Source: Phoronis australis | Taxonomy: Eukaryota > Animalia > Phoronida | Direction of reading: 5' to 3' | Assembly: GCA_002633005.1 (NCBI GenBank) | Contig: NMRA01000148.1 | Location: 62,001 to 126,000, forward strand | DNA length: 64,000 nt | Shown here: positions 12,801 through 23,218 of the stretch, in pieces | How positions within the stretch are numbered: the stretch's first letter is position 1 | Layout: every line of letters starts with the position of its first letter | Translations under genes and position numbers: made by a program | Notes under the pieces: model-generated | The model's database searches: none | Told to the model about the DNA's origin: nothing | The model's input: the letters and a program-made list of their open reading frames with translations, nothing else

Positions 12801-13136
12801 ACACATACAATATTCCAAGAATGAAGAACCCCAACAGCCAGTCAATTTTTACGTCTCTGTCCTTTTTACCCACTTAGAAATGTGTACCTTGCTCTCTTTA
12901 CATCTGCAGTTTTATAAAAAATCTTCTGAGTGAATGATCTTGCTCACCAATATACTTTGCTTCCTCTTGGTGGTAGGTCCCGATGTGGTCGGTTTAAGCT
13001 GATCCTTCAGCTGAATCGTTCCCGACTTGAAGCTTGTGTTAGTCACATTATCAGCTCTGGGAAGTGACTTGCCCACCTTTAACTTGACTTTCTGAAAGTC
13101 TTTATTCAGATTCTTCCTTTTCCGGCTTTTAGGCAT
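776..13136 (-). CDS. TEX10: Testis-expressed protein 10 / Ipi1 homolog (rixosome, pre-60S biogenesis); 11 coding exons, 3'-incomplete in window
   Basis: Exons 13136-12948, 12621-11966, 11349-11201, 9655-9552, 8436-8314, 7644-7458, 5137-5011, 4366-4191, 3071-2891, 1739-1666, 897-776. All are GT-AG with matching phases and join into 696 codons without a stop. N-terminus DFQKVKLKVGK..NVTNTSFKS, LLSQLEHYNASVRHDAL, LRCAMTHIYDDIQRDSL and PLLIECWME are typical of TEX10/Ipi1. Confidence 0.95.
1666..1739 (-). CDS. TEX10: TEX10 coding exon 10
   Basis: Acceptor cattttag, donor gtatgt; CVRRLPDDVEERTMYISLLLSLVC; phase 2 to 1. Confidence 0.82.
2891..3071 (-). CDS. TEX10: TEX10 coding exon 9
   Basis: Acceptor attttgtag, donor gtaata; DPDNGLFANSSAPSQRKILEIVF...IQVLHH; phase 1 to 2. 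Confidence 0.85.
3935..4034. mobile_element. 100-bp palindromic miniature element (TAG...CTA ends)
   Basis: Arms tagtcacttgaaaggatcc..ttctgagaaccagtt and aactggttctcaaaatctaggacccttgtaagtgacta are imperfect inverted repeats. Confidence 0.55.
4191..4366 (-). CDS. TEX10: TEX10 coding exon 8
   Basis: Acceptor ttgtttcag, donor gtatgc; NPIVTDWVESLPTLL...QKLLPQLF; phase 2 to 1. Confidence 0.88.
4797..4984 (-). mobile_element. tRNA-derived SINE (copy 1)
   Basis: Minus-strand head tgtggcctagtgg (Pol III A box), degenerate B box, then ctagacccttga; homologous to 26010-26208. Confidence 0.7.
5011..5137 (-). CDS. TEX10: TEX10 coding exon 7
   Basis: Acceptor gttttcag, donor gtag; SILQAVYDSYKKSHDLSAERRLYLKDFL...; phase 1 to 2. 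Confidence 0.85.
5381..6882 (+). mobile_element. Deleted THAP-encoding DNA transposon (ISL2EU/Harbinger-related) in a TEX10 intron
   Basis: Perfect 18-bp inverted repeat aatagcggatttgcagcg (5381-5398, 6865-6882), compatible with AT target duplication and AG ends. Frameshifted THAP domain CVPGC..LSFYVFP..REKWI..I..P..GH|RVCSEHF..IPT, followed by DHSY. Confidence 0.85.
5681..6424. mobile_element. Non-autonomous TIR element inserted in the THAP domain (9-bp TSD)
   Basis: GGGGCCATC at 5672-5680 and 6425-6433; ends taggcaacacgtagc / gcgatgtgattgccta; removing the insert restores the THAP reading. Confidence 0.85.
7458..7644 (-). CDS. TEX10: TEX10 coding exon 6
   Basis: Acceptor gttccag, donor gtatgg; SLICSLNMGICKVMSFF...; phase 0 to 1. 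Confidence 0.82.
8314..8436 (-). CDS. TEX10: TEX10 coding exon 5
   Basis: MDWLRENYAKDFIKHFLERFPFS..., resembling the vertebrate WLRKNY..FK.HFMSRFPY stretch; phase 0 to 0. Confidence 0.88.
9552..9655 (-). CDS. TEX10: TEX10 coding exon 4
   Basis: Acceptor ctcctttcag, donor gtatgt; EGTLSPEALHMKTAAVKLLELLWQQADEMDTKDNT; phase 1 to 0. Confidence 0.85.
10621..10930. mobile_element. MITE with CAG(T/A)GGCGGAT ends and 5-bp TSD (hAT5-like), containing a nested CATGCGCGCACCC-family MITE at about 10681-10836
   Basis: ATCAC at 10616-10620 and 10931-10935; ends cagaggcagatcc / aaatccgccactg. Confidence 0.75.
11201..11349 (-). CDS. TEX10: TEX10 coding exon 3
   Basis: Acceptor ctctccaacag, donor gtaagt; ...LMTSLVPLLIECWMESE; phase 2 to 1. 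Confidence 0.88.
11966..12621 (-). CDS. TEX10: TEX10 coding exon 2 (Ipi1_N region)
   Basis: Acceptor tatttacag, donor gtaac; DLLSQLEHYNASVRHDALVGLKEL...; contains ORF 11962-12567. Confidence 0.95.
12948..13136 (-). CDS. TEX10: TEX10 coding exon 1 (MPKSRKRK...KQSIL)
   Basis: ATG at 13136; donor GTGAGC at 12947; upstream acceptor ttttatag at 13163-13165, so the exon starts at 13162 and a 5'UTR intron exists. Confidence 0.95.
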
Positions 13137-14729
13137 GTCTACTTTGTGTGTCTACCAGTGAACTATAAAATAATGAGACATAAAACTCGATCATTTACTT
13201 ACGCATACTAATTGATCTTTTCGCAGAGCACATCTTAAGATTCCCATACAATTTGTGTTTTCATTTTCCAGGATGTTTTTTAATTTTCTAAACCTTTTTT
13301 CAGAAAAAGTAGAAAAGAAAGGTCAACAATCCCTCTCATTATTTGAATAGGCAATGCGATTTTTTTACTTATAGATTCTTACAAAGTTATTGCCTCTTTT
13401 CATTTTCCGGTTCTCCATGGAAACCATTTCCACAATTTCCAATATTCTCAATGAAGAGTGGAAACCATGTGCCTTAAACAATCTTTGCATTAACATGCCA
13501 TTGACAAAACTGAGGCAGATGCAGAGGGGCTAGTCGCAGCTGATTTTGAACATACGTAATTCCATAAAACTTTGCTCCAGGATGAGCATGCTAATTTTAA
13601 AAACTGTTAAGGCAATTCCTAATCAGCATTATGGCAAAGTTGTGTCCTGCTGTGCATGTATTGTGGCAGTGTGTTCACACTGAGTGAATGCACCGAGACA
13701 GTTTGTGGCCCTCGACTACCATACATTTGCTGCTTAAGATATGGGGGACGAGGGACACAAACCACAATTGCTTTTCTTTTATAAACAGGTCTAACGGACA
13801 TGACAGGCGGTAGATGAATGCTGGATTTACAAAAAATCTCAGACGGTCAGGTGTTTAAGTATCATGCTGACAATGACTTGTCCATCCACAAATGGTGTTT
13901 TAGTGGACTGAAAAAGCTTAAAGGATGTTTCCCAATTTGTACCCACAGAATGTTCGCTCTTACAGTAATGAGACAACGCGTGCCTTTCACAAAAAATGGA
14001 ACATGGGATTTTTGTTTGGTGTGTAATCCCCTAAGCTTTGCCACAACACAAGTTATGAAGCACTGCCAATTTCTTCACCAACTATCATAATGAACATCTG
14101 CTGGAGAGCCTCCGACTTTGCCGTAAACGCTTACTTACAACTCGCGCTTGTTGTGATATCTGCTACAAGCTCCAACAGTCCCTGCTATCACAGACAATAT
14201 GTATGGGTTACTCTCAGCTTAATCTAGTGTGGATATTCATCAGTTTTAATTATTAACACCTGGCACATTACCTTAGACAATGGGATCACCCCGGCCACTG
14301 CAAAGTGGAGAACAATGTTCCCATTATGGAAATGTTCAACAACTGATGTACTTTGTGATTAATAAAACAACACCAGCTAGTGAATATTGAGATCGGTTAA
14401 CACACAAAATACACTGAAAAAATTACAGTTACAAGCCTGGCAACATTTGATCAAAGCAAACTTGGCTGGCAACACAGACTATTGCTTTCCATTTAAAACA
14501 TACTTTAACTATATCAGATCAGGATTACCACCACCAGGCGAAAAACCTTAACGGAAGTCAATCTCAAAAATGCATGACATGCCTGCAAATTGCTAGCTAC
14601 CCAGATGTTGTGTATTGACAATACTGCTTGTAGTTTTTCATTAGAATACAGTCACCTGGTATTTACGCCCACAGGGCACATGCTTGTCCCCTTCTTGTAT
14701 TAGTTCTCCAAGTGAATATACGTATTATA

Positions 14730-15432
14730 TTTTATGATCGACATATGTCCCGAATAAAGATAAATGATAAGTGCGTGGCAAGCTCGTTACCAGAGATGAA
14801 AAGGAGACCGAGGTAGGCGATATAAGGTCATTTATTATGACTAATATAATTACAATATAATGAATACAGGTAAATAACGTATAATAGGTAATCTCTGGTA
14901 AGATGGGCAATAAAAAGTACCGTCCACGTGGAAGTACGAGAGAATGGAGAAAACTGGGAGGAAGAGGGCGGGAAAATTGAATGAGTTTTTGACGTACAAC
15001 AATGCGGCCGGAACAAGGTGAACTGAAAGAGAGGTTACAATAACAAAGAAAAACGCCCCTAAAGACACGTGACAATCGTCAGCCTATAAGAGCCAAGAGC
15101 TGACCAAACTCGAGGCACATGATAACAGCAGACCACTGCGAAGGCTGGGAAAACGACGTGTCGTCCTACACCAAGGAATAATGGAATAGACCGAGATGAG
15201 GGGGGAAAAGGAGTAAGACGAGTCCATATGCTCACATAAATATATTTAATGAGTGAAATACCATTTATGATCGACATATGTCCCGAATAAAGAGAAATGA
15301 TACGTGCGTCGCAAGCTCGTTACCAGAGATGAAAAGGAGACCGAGGTAGGCGATATAAAGTCATTTATTATGACTAATACAATTACAATATAATGAATAC
15401 AGGTAAATTACATATAATAGGTAATCTCTGGT
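14730..15432 (-). mobile_element. Two ~170-bp direct repeats with a ~365-bp spacer; probable remnant of a Ngaro/DIRS-type retrotransposon terminus
   Basis: 14730-14899 and 15264-15432 differ at only a handful of positions. Minus-strand motifs tcgcctacctcg..cttgccacgcac and gtgcctcgagtttgg resemble remembered Ngaro split-repeat sequence. The repeat is certain; the family call is inferred. Confidence 0.55.
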
Positions 15433-17131
15433 TATCATATTTTACTCTCATCTGTGTTGTTTTACTGGTTCTACGAACACAACACCAGCGAATGACTGCT
15501 ATGTGATCTTCAATGAAGCTGTCATTCCACTGAATGCAAAATATGAAACTGGCTAATTGAATAAGACAGGTGTGTTCTAAAAATAATGAGATATCTGATA
15601 AGCTCCCATAGCTTTATCCGACCGACAATTGCATTTGGTGAACAGCTCTGATTATAAGATTGGATTTAACTTGCAATGTAAATGAAAGGATCAAAAACAA
15701 TCAAAACTGTCAAACTGTCAAAGCTATATTGACAGTAAGCTTTGTTTATGTTGGTGAGGTTTCATGGTTTCCAGGCAATGTATTCAAACATCTGTAATAG
15801 TCAGATAGGTGGGTATCTGATTTACAGGCGAAATAATGTAGAGTCGCATACGCTTCGAATTCCTGTGTTTCTTTCATTTTTTGACAGATCTTTTAAATAC
15901 TTCACTCAGACTGTTCAGGTGAATAGGCCTACACTATATATATAGCTACCAAACTGAAAAGTGCGTCTCTTGGAACAAATATATTTGTGTTTGACCTTCG
16001 AGTAATCAAGCAACATTGCCAAGTTCAGCTGTTCGTATGTCCTTTCGCACAGTTTGATACATATAGTTTAATCTTTTCGACATCACTTTTCAGCTTAGGA
16101 GATGCCCAAAAACGGCGGGATATTCTTCTCAAGCTGCATAACAGGTGTCAGAATCACACGTGCCATATCAACACAGTCTCGCCATTATTATTGCACAATT
16201 TCTTGAGCTATAGACTAAAATAAGTTTTACACGACAACGTATTGTTTGTCGGGTAAAATGGTGGCTTGAAAACCCAGACGAAGGTGTGTCAAGAATGTTG
16301 CATTCTGATTGGTCAGTTAAGCCGTCAGTCGTAATCCTGCCGATAGGTCAATTGGCCGACTTGTCAGGTATATAGCGTCAGCCACTACACAAACATCAAA
16401 AATAACCTCTGGATCCCAGAATCACCAGAGGCAGAGCCAGAGGACACGGTACCATGTAACCGTCCCGGGTTTTGAGAACTAGGCAATCACTGATTAAAAT
16501 GTTTCTCTAAATCTGGTATCAGTCAGTGCCCAAACAGCCAAACAACTTCAGTTGGCAAGTTAACCAGGAAGAAAAGGTAGGGGTGTCCTGTTTATTATCA
16601 ACCAAACGCTTATGCAACGGCACAGGACAGTAACTTAGATTCGTTGACCAACTCCATCAATCTGAAAGTATTGCCAGAAAACATACCGTCACAACCTTGC
16701 AATCAGAAGTAATTTAAAATTGTTGAACTGCATCAACAACGTGATCTCCTGGAAGCAGACATCTTTAAACTCGCGAGAATGTGCGAGATTTGTGTGTTCG
16801 CACCTGTCCACTAGGGGATTTTGCTGTTCCTATTATTTGTTAGAGAGGTAGATGGAATCTACATTTTGTATACAAATTCTGCCAAAGAGACGACTAAGTG
16901 CTGCTTTTGTTTATAAAAAGATGTTTTTATAGTTTTTGTAGTAGGCATGATTGGCATAAGTTGAAAATTGCGGTATATTTCAATAGTACTATGTGAATAA
17001 CTGACTATTTCGCCTCTCCGTATAAAAAGCGATCATAGTATTACTCACCGAACCTGTGATAGTACAGATCATAAAAAACTGACAAAATTTGAAAGATTCT
17101 GTATGTTTCTGTTGCGTTATTAACTTCTAAG

Positions 17132-20100
17132 ATGGGTGCTTCTGTTTATATCGTGTATGTTGTAACTGCCGCGTGCCTTGCGCATACAGGTATGATATTT
17201 GCGAAGTGAAACTAACTCTTTCAGCCTCACACTGACTAAACCATCAAAAGCATGATACTATCAGTATCACTTACAAGTACCTTTTGCGTATAGACTCTAG
17301 AGGGACACCTTAGGAGGCTGTTGATGTCCGAGTCCTTCCAACTCGAACAAATAGCCCTGTAATCAAACATTTTTGGCACTGGTTGGAAAAAACGGTTCCT
17401 GATTCCGAGAACCAGGCAATCACTGAATAACAGGTCCATTATTCAGCGGATGAAACTGGTCACAAAATCAGGGACTGCTATATCTGATGACCAGTGCCCC
17501 TTTTTCTAACAGTTCTTTGTTCAGTTACCTTAGAAAGACACCAACAGCCTGATAAAGTATCCCTCTGTGTGCAAAAGGTACTTGATAGTATGTTTGATGG
17601 TTTAATAAGCATAATTCACCGAAAAGCTTCTTGTATAGAGGGCCTAAGGGATGGCAAGTTGAGACAGTGGTACTGTCTACATTTATTCATGTTTGGTGAT
17701 CTAAAAACTTAGAAAGATGTACAGGTCAATTGGTTCCTGTTGCAGTTACAGTTCCTTCGTTGATTGGTAACGCAGGTAATGAGCATGTGCTGCCAAAGAT
17801 ATTTTTTAACAAAACCACCCTGTAAAACCTTGTGCATGTGGGCCAAATAATACTTGACTGAAATTTCCAGTGAAAGCTTGTGATACAATAAACATTTTCA
17901 GAAAAAATGCAATTGTGACCTTTACACATGTTCTCTGGGATTAAATTTCCATGACACTTGCATCTTACAGTAATTATGATAAGAGATTGATTGATTGCTG
18001 GTCACAATAAGATTTCATATATTCCAATTGAAACTTCATTGTGAAGCTAGTTAATAAAACAAAATGAGACTTATGTACTCTCTACACATTTAAACTTATT
18101 TGAATGTGATTTTACACTTTTTACATATGAGTTTCATCACTTTATTGCATGTGTATTGCCTTCACTGAAATCCCTACAATGCAAGCAGTCTGCTTTGTGA
18201 GATATCTTAGAATTGACTTTGCACTGAGATTCATTAAGTTTTATCTTTTGCTATGGTTGACTTGTACCTTTGTTTTCTGTAGCCGCAGCCTTGAAGTGTT
18301 ACCAGTGTGTGTCCAACAAACAGACCGATATCTGCTACACCATGGAAAGAAGTCATGTTACACTGAGGCCAACAACGTGTGTGGAAGTGAACTATGACAG
18401 AAAGTATACCTTCTGTTACAAAAAGTTAAAAAGAGATAAAGATGGTGAGTCTGAGGAAGAACAGCTAGCGCCATCTGGTGGTACAGCAATTCAATTGGTT
18501 TTACCACACTGTTTGAATAGGAAAAGAGTAAAAACTCTGGAAATCCGGAAGTGCACAGGCTCAAACTATAGTGCCCAAATGGCTATGGTGTTAGCTGCAT
18601 GCCAAATCATGCAGCCACGTTAGCCAGTAGGCCCTACTGCGAGAAGCTTGCCTTTCTAGTTGTAGTCATGTTTATTTTGGGATTGAGTAAATGAAATCAA
18701 CATAACATAAATTCATTTCTGGCGTGACTTTGTGTCTTTCGAGCTATTCTTATGATCATGCAGTGTGCATTCTCAATTTGGAAAGTACCGGGAGACGAAA
18801 AATCCCAATGTCGCCAAGAACAAGACTGTTGTGACTTGTGAGCGTCATATCCATGCCAATTTAATAGTTAGAGTTGCAAGCTTTTTTAAGTTGCATATTT
18901 TCTGAGTGATGTATGCAGTATTGCATTTTTAATTTGTACATATGGTTCATTTGGGTGATAGTCACCATGTGTTAATCTAGTTTTTAAAGCACTCCAATGT
19001 TCACAAGGCTTCACATTTTGTTAAGCAAAAAACTAGGTTTGTCGGAAACATAAATGTTCCTGAAGACAGGTTGAGAATGGTTTCGTATTTGAATATCCGT
19101 GGTCAGAGTTCTTTATGGATGTTTTGCCATACAAAGTACTGGCCCACGCTTTCCACGGCCATAATAATGAGTCAGTGCAACGTAGGTTTTTTTTATTTCA
19201 TTGAATATAATATTTCTACAAGAAATTAAAAATATCATTTACATGACTAATGTTTTTTCAACAGATCGTGGTGTTCCTGTTTACCTGACAACGAATGCAA
19301 CAGATTTTTTATAATGTGCCTAAATAAAAAATAACTTACTGTGTTCATATGTATTCTGTCTTTTGGTATATCAAATTTTGTGGGAAATTCAGCCATAAGT
19401 ATCATTTTAGGCTCTGCATATGAGACTACCTGTTTAGTACACATGAACATGATAATTTTGTTTTATTAAAAAACAATAAATTTGTCAATACTATTTTTAA
19501 AGCTTTTTACAAAGTAAGTGTCATCCTCATTTCTCCCCTGGCTCGTTTCTTTTTCGCTTTTTAGTGAAAAACAACTTAATACTTAAACTTATTCAAAGTC
19601 AGCCAAAATTGCATATGGACCCATTGATCTTCATGAATCTGCCACTGTTGCCACTTGGTGGCGCTATTTCCCGTTGGTTACACATTTTCCAGTCGAGGCC
19701 TCTCTTCCTATTTAAATGTTTTGTTTTACTGTTGATCATTTCTCTTCAAGTAATGGTATGGTCTGTCCAACCTTAACTTGTTTAAAACAATTTGGACACA
19801 CAGTTTTCTCTAGTATTTATTTGTTATGGTTTTCGCACCACTTGAGCTTGGCTGCAAGAAGCAGTATTTGTCCCCAAAAAGTTGAATTCTACTTTCTGTC
19901 TCATCAAGAGACATTTTCTTTAGATTGGTGTTTACTTATATTGTTTCGGAAAGACCAGGAATGCCACTTTTCTGTTTCAGTATTATCAAATGGGAAACAC
20001 AATTTTGACAAGCAAAGGAAAATTTCAATGGAGTTTGTATCAAGTTAATCATTTGGTCTTATTCGCATTGTTATATTACAGGATCTATCAAAAAACACTA

Positions 20101-20402
20101 TTCCATGCATTTCCATTTATTTTCAAACACTTTTCTAAACGCATGTAATTTCTGAGGCATTGTTAATCTTTCCAGTAGTCACGTTGTCTTCAATTTTCAT
20201 TGCAGGCAATTTCCAGTCAATCGATAGAGGTTGCGCCTACACCAAGTCAGACCACACCTGTGCACTGGGCACTGACTGGGCACAGTGGCCCAAGCTTCCT
20301 CAATGTGAAGTCCAGGCGTGCCCAGTGGATGCATGCAACTCAGCATGGAAGGCTGGCTTCAGTCTGGCAACATTGCTAGGGCTGGTGGTTAGATGTTTAT
20401 AG
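17132..20402 (+). CDS. GPI-anchored Ly6/uPAR three-finger protein (quiver/sleepless-like), 138 aa, 3 exons
   Basis: Exons 17132-17189, 18283-18444, 20206-20402, both introns phase 1 and GT-AG. Signal peptide MGASVYIVYVVTAACLAHTAAA, LKCYQC start, 10 Cys, RGC, terminal DACN, then SA plus hydrophobic tail (GPI signal). Confidence 0.92.
18466..18481 (-). promoter_or_regulatory. CTCF-like motif
   Basis: Minus strand CCACCAGATGGCGCTA matches the CTCF core consensus. Confidence 0.5.
19651..19666 (+). promoter_or_regulatory. CTCF-like motif
   Basis: CCACTTGGTGGCGCTA, close to the CTCF core consensus. Confidence 0.4.
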
Positions 20403-23156
20403 ATAGGAACGGGTGAGGATAAGAACTATAACAGCTGTACTGTGATAAAAAAATCTTGCCCACTTGGGACTAAAATAATCGCCAAAATTGACATTCCATT
20501 TTTCAAGGGCCTCTAACATTGGAAATGCCCACAATTTGTGAAAATGTTATATGGCTATGCCGTAGAAGTTTAATATGAAAAAGCATTTATTTGGTGCTGC
20601 TTGTCATTTATGAAAAAGCTGAAAATATAGATTTTCATTTATTCAGCATATGGTGTCTTAAATTGGTAAGATTTTACCGGATGAAAGTTTTTCAAGTTAA
20701 GCAAAGGTTCGACTAGTGTCATCCTACTTGTGCAAGTTTTACTTTATTTTTCTCGTGTCTTACATTCAGTCACTTTTTACAATTGGGATTAGTGTTATAA
20801 AAAGCTGATGAATCAAGCCTAATGGTGAACTTGTGTCAATTATGCACAGTAATGATTGTCAAAACCACCATTGTTCAAATTTGAAAGGCTTCCTTCAGTG
20901 GTATAAATGCTTTAGAATCCAGTCATGCCGTGGTAATAACAAAGTTAAGATTTCTTTTAGTTATTTGTTTTTAGAAATTTGCTCTGCTTTTCTATTATAG
21001 CACATTCTGAATTAAAATTAAATTGTTTTCCATAAAACTGACCAAAGTTAGGGTCAGTTTCGTCGTGTGAGTGATCAATTTTCAAGTTGAGTTTTGAGTA
21101 CAGAGATGAGATTGCGGGCTGAGAATATGGTTCATAGCAGCCTTAATTAGTAGATCAATTGATTCATACTGTCCAGAACTCTGCTTAACGTGTCGCAAAT
21201 CACATTTTGAACTTGTTAAAAAGAAAACATTGCTAGTCTATTAAGTTATAAAGACAGATTTGACAAATGATTGATGTAGGGTCTTGTTTTTGTTGTTTTA
21301 TGAAGGTGGTAAGATGGAATCAAGCTTGTATTTAGAATCAAATTTAGAAAATCATGCTCCACACACACTGATATGGAAACTTGTGATATACATCCAGGGA
21401 TAATGTAAAGCAGTAACTAAATTTCGATGCTATTTCAATCTATCCTAAGCTTACCAAGTTACAGTTGTATTCATAGTAAATGTGTAAAGAAAAAATGCAA
21501 ATGGATCACCTTTGGACTAATGATCTACTTAGCAGGAACACGTCACCGCCATCATACAGTTTTATTTTCTAGCACCACATCATGGTATGGTAATTCTCCA
21601 CTAACTCCCCTCATTTTCCACTCCAAAAATTATTTTGAAAAATAATATTTTGTCTCACACTTATTTTGCTTGAGGCTACTTGGTGGGAATTTGTTGCCTC
21701 ACCTAATTCGCACGCAGTCAGTGTTGCACTTTGGAAAATGTCAACGCAAAGCCCCATTATCAATTTTAGTAATACAGACCTATGTAAGTGTATTAATAAG
21801 GTCTGAACATTGTATGTTCACTTAATTCATCCATTTATCTGGGATGTCTCATGCTGTTAACATGTGGTGACATAGATGGGTGTCGTGTCATTCAAGAGTC
21901 ATGTGCTTCACCAATAATCAGGTAAAGTACTATTACACTGGAACAGGATAATGTAACTTAATTACTGTTCATCGATCACCTTGGCAACCGGTAGGCTGCT
22001 TTTCATTAAATTTACACAGGAACAGTTGGTTACTCAGTTAATTTTGCACACCCGTTAACTGCGAACTCAGTATATTCAATTTATTTGGCACACCCCCATT
22101 ATCAGGAAAATATATTTAATTTTATTTTGGGCGAAATAAGTTGAGATTTACTGTACTTAATGGACTTGAGTCAGTGATGTGCAAGGAAACTTTTTATCAC
22201 AAAACTTATTGAAAAATATACAGTAACTTATATGCTCGGTAACATTCATGCCTTCACAATATTTTTTCTGCATCTTGTCAAATAATAGCAAAATGATTTG
22301 AACCATAAGCAAGCAAATTTCATCTCATGGAAACAAGCATCATTCATTAACAAAGATAATATTTGTTTAATATTTTCTATTCTAAAGTACAAAATGTTAA
22401 AGTTTTCACTTTAAAAAGCCAAAGTTTTCAGGCTAATAGGCCATTAATATAAGTACAGAAAGGCTACTCTAGCTAATAGAATGAATAAGAATTTTGCAAG
22501 TTTCCATAAAAAAATTTCAGGTGTGTGGAAATTACAGCAATCTTCTTAGAAAAAACATTTTCTTAGAATAAAATGGGTCACATTATTACAAACGCCTTGA
22601 CAGTATATTCATTCAGTTAGTTTGCTCACCATAGATTTTTAAGGTATACGATTTCATAGTATAAAACCTAGTTCTTAAGGAAACATTTGAAAATTTTTTA
22701 GCAAAGGTAGTTATTCAAATTAATTATTTACTGAGAATATGCATGTATTTTAAAATGTTTCCAATTGTGTATAGTTGGAGAAAAAAGGTTTGTTTTACTT
22801 AGAGGAGGGATGGAGAGAGCTTGTTTGAAGTTTTCGCCATTGCCATTAAAATACGTTCAACCTTGACCATTATTACTCATCTGTATGTAATGAGACTAAT
22901 TATTGTTATTTTTAACCTTGTTTTGTACTTTTGTGAGGTTCAGTGGTTTGTCTGTTATCTCACCCTTATGGTTTGGTTTGAGAAAAGAAATGTAGTGACA
23001 CTAAGATGTAGCCAGGGCGAGTTTGGTGAATTGGCTTAAAGATTCCATCTCTGACCTCGAGTACTGGTTCTCTTTTTCTATTATTATAGCTTTAGTGCGT
23101 ATATTATGTGTAATTTATTCAGATTCGGAAGGATGAACTGTATCGTTATTTTTATA

Positions 23157-23218
23157 TTGTATTTGTAAATCGGTAAAAATAAATTTGTTGTATTTGTAAA
23201 TCGGTAAAAGTAAATTTG
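23157..23218. repeat. ~30-bp tandem duplication
   Basis: ttgtatttgtaaatcggtaaaa(a/g)taaatttg occurs twice in a row. Confidence 0.8.
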
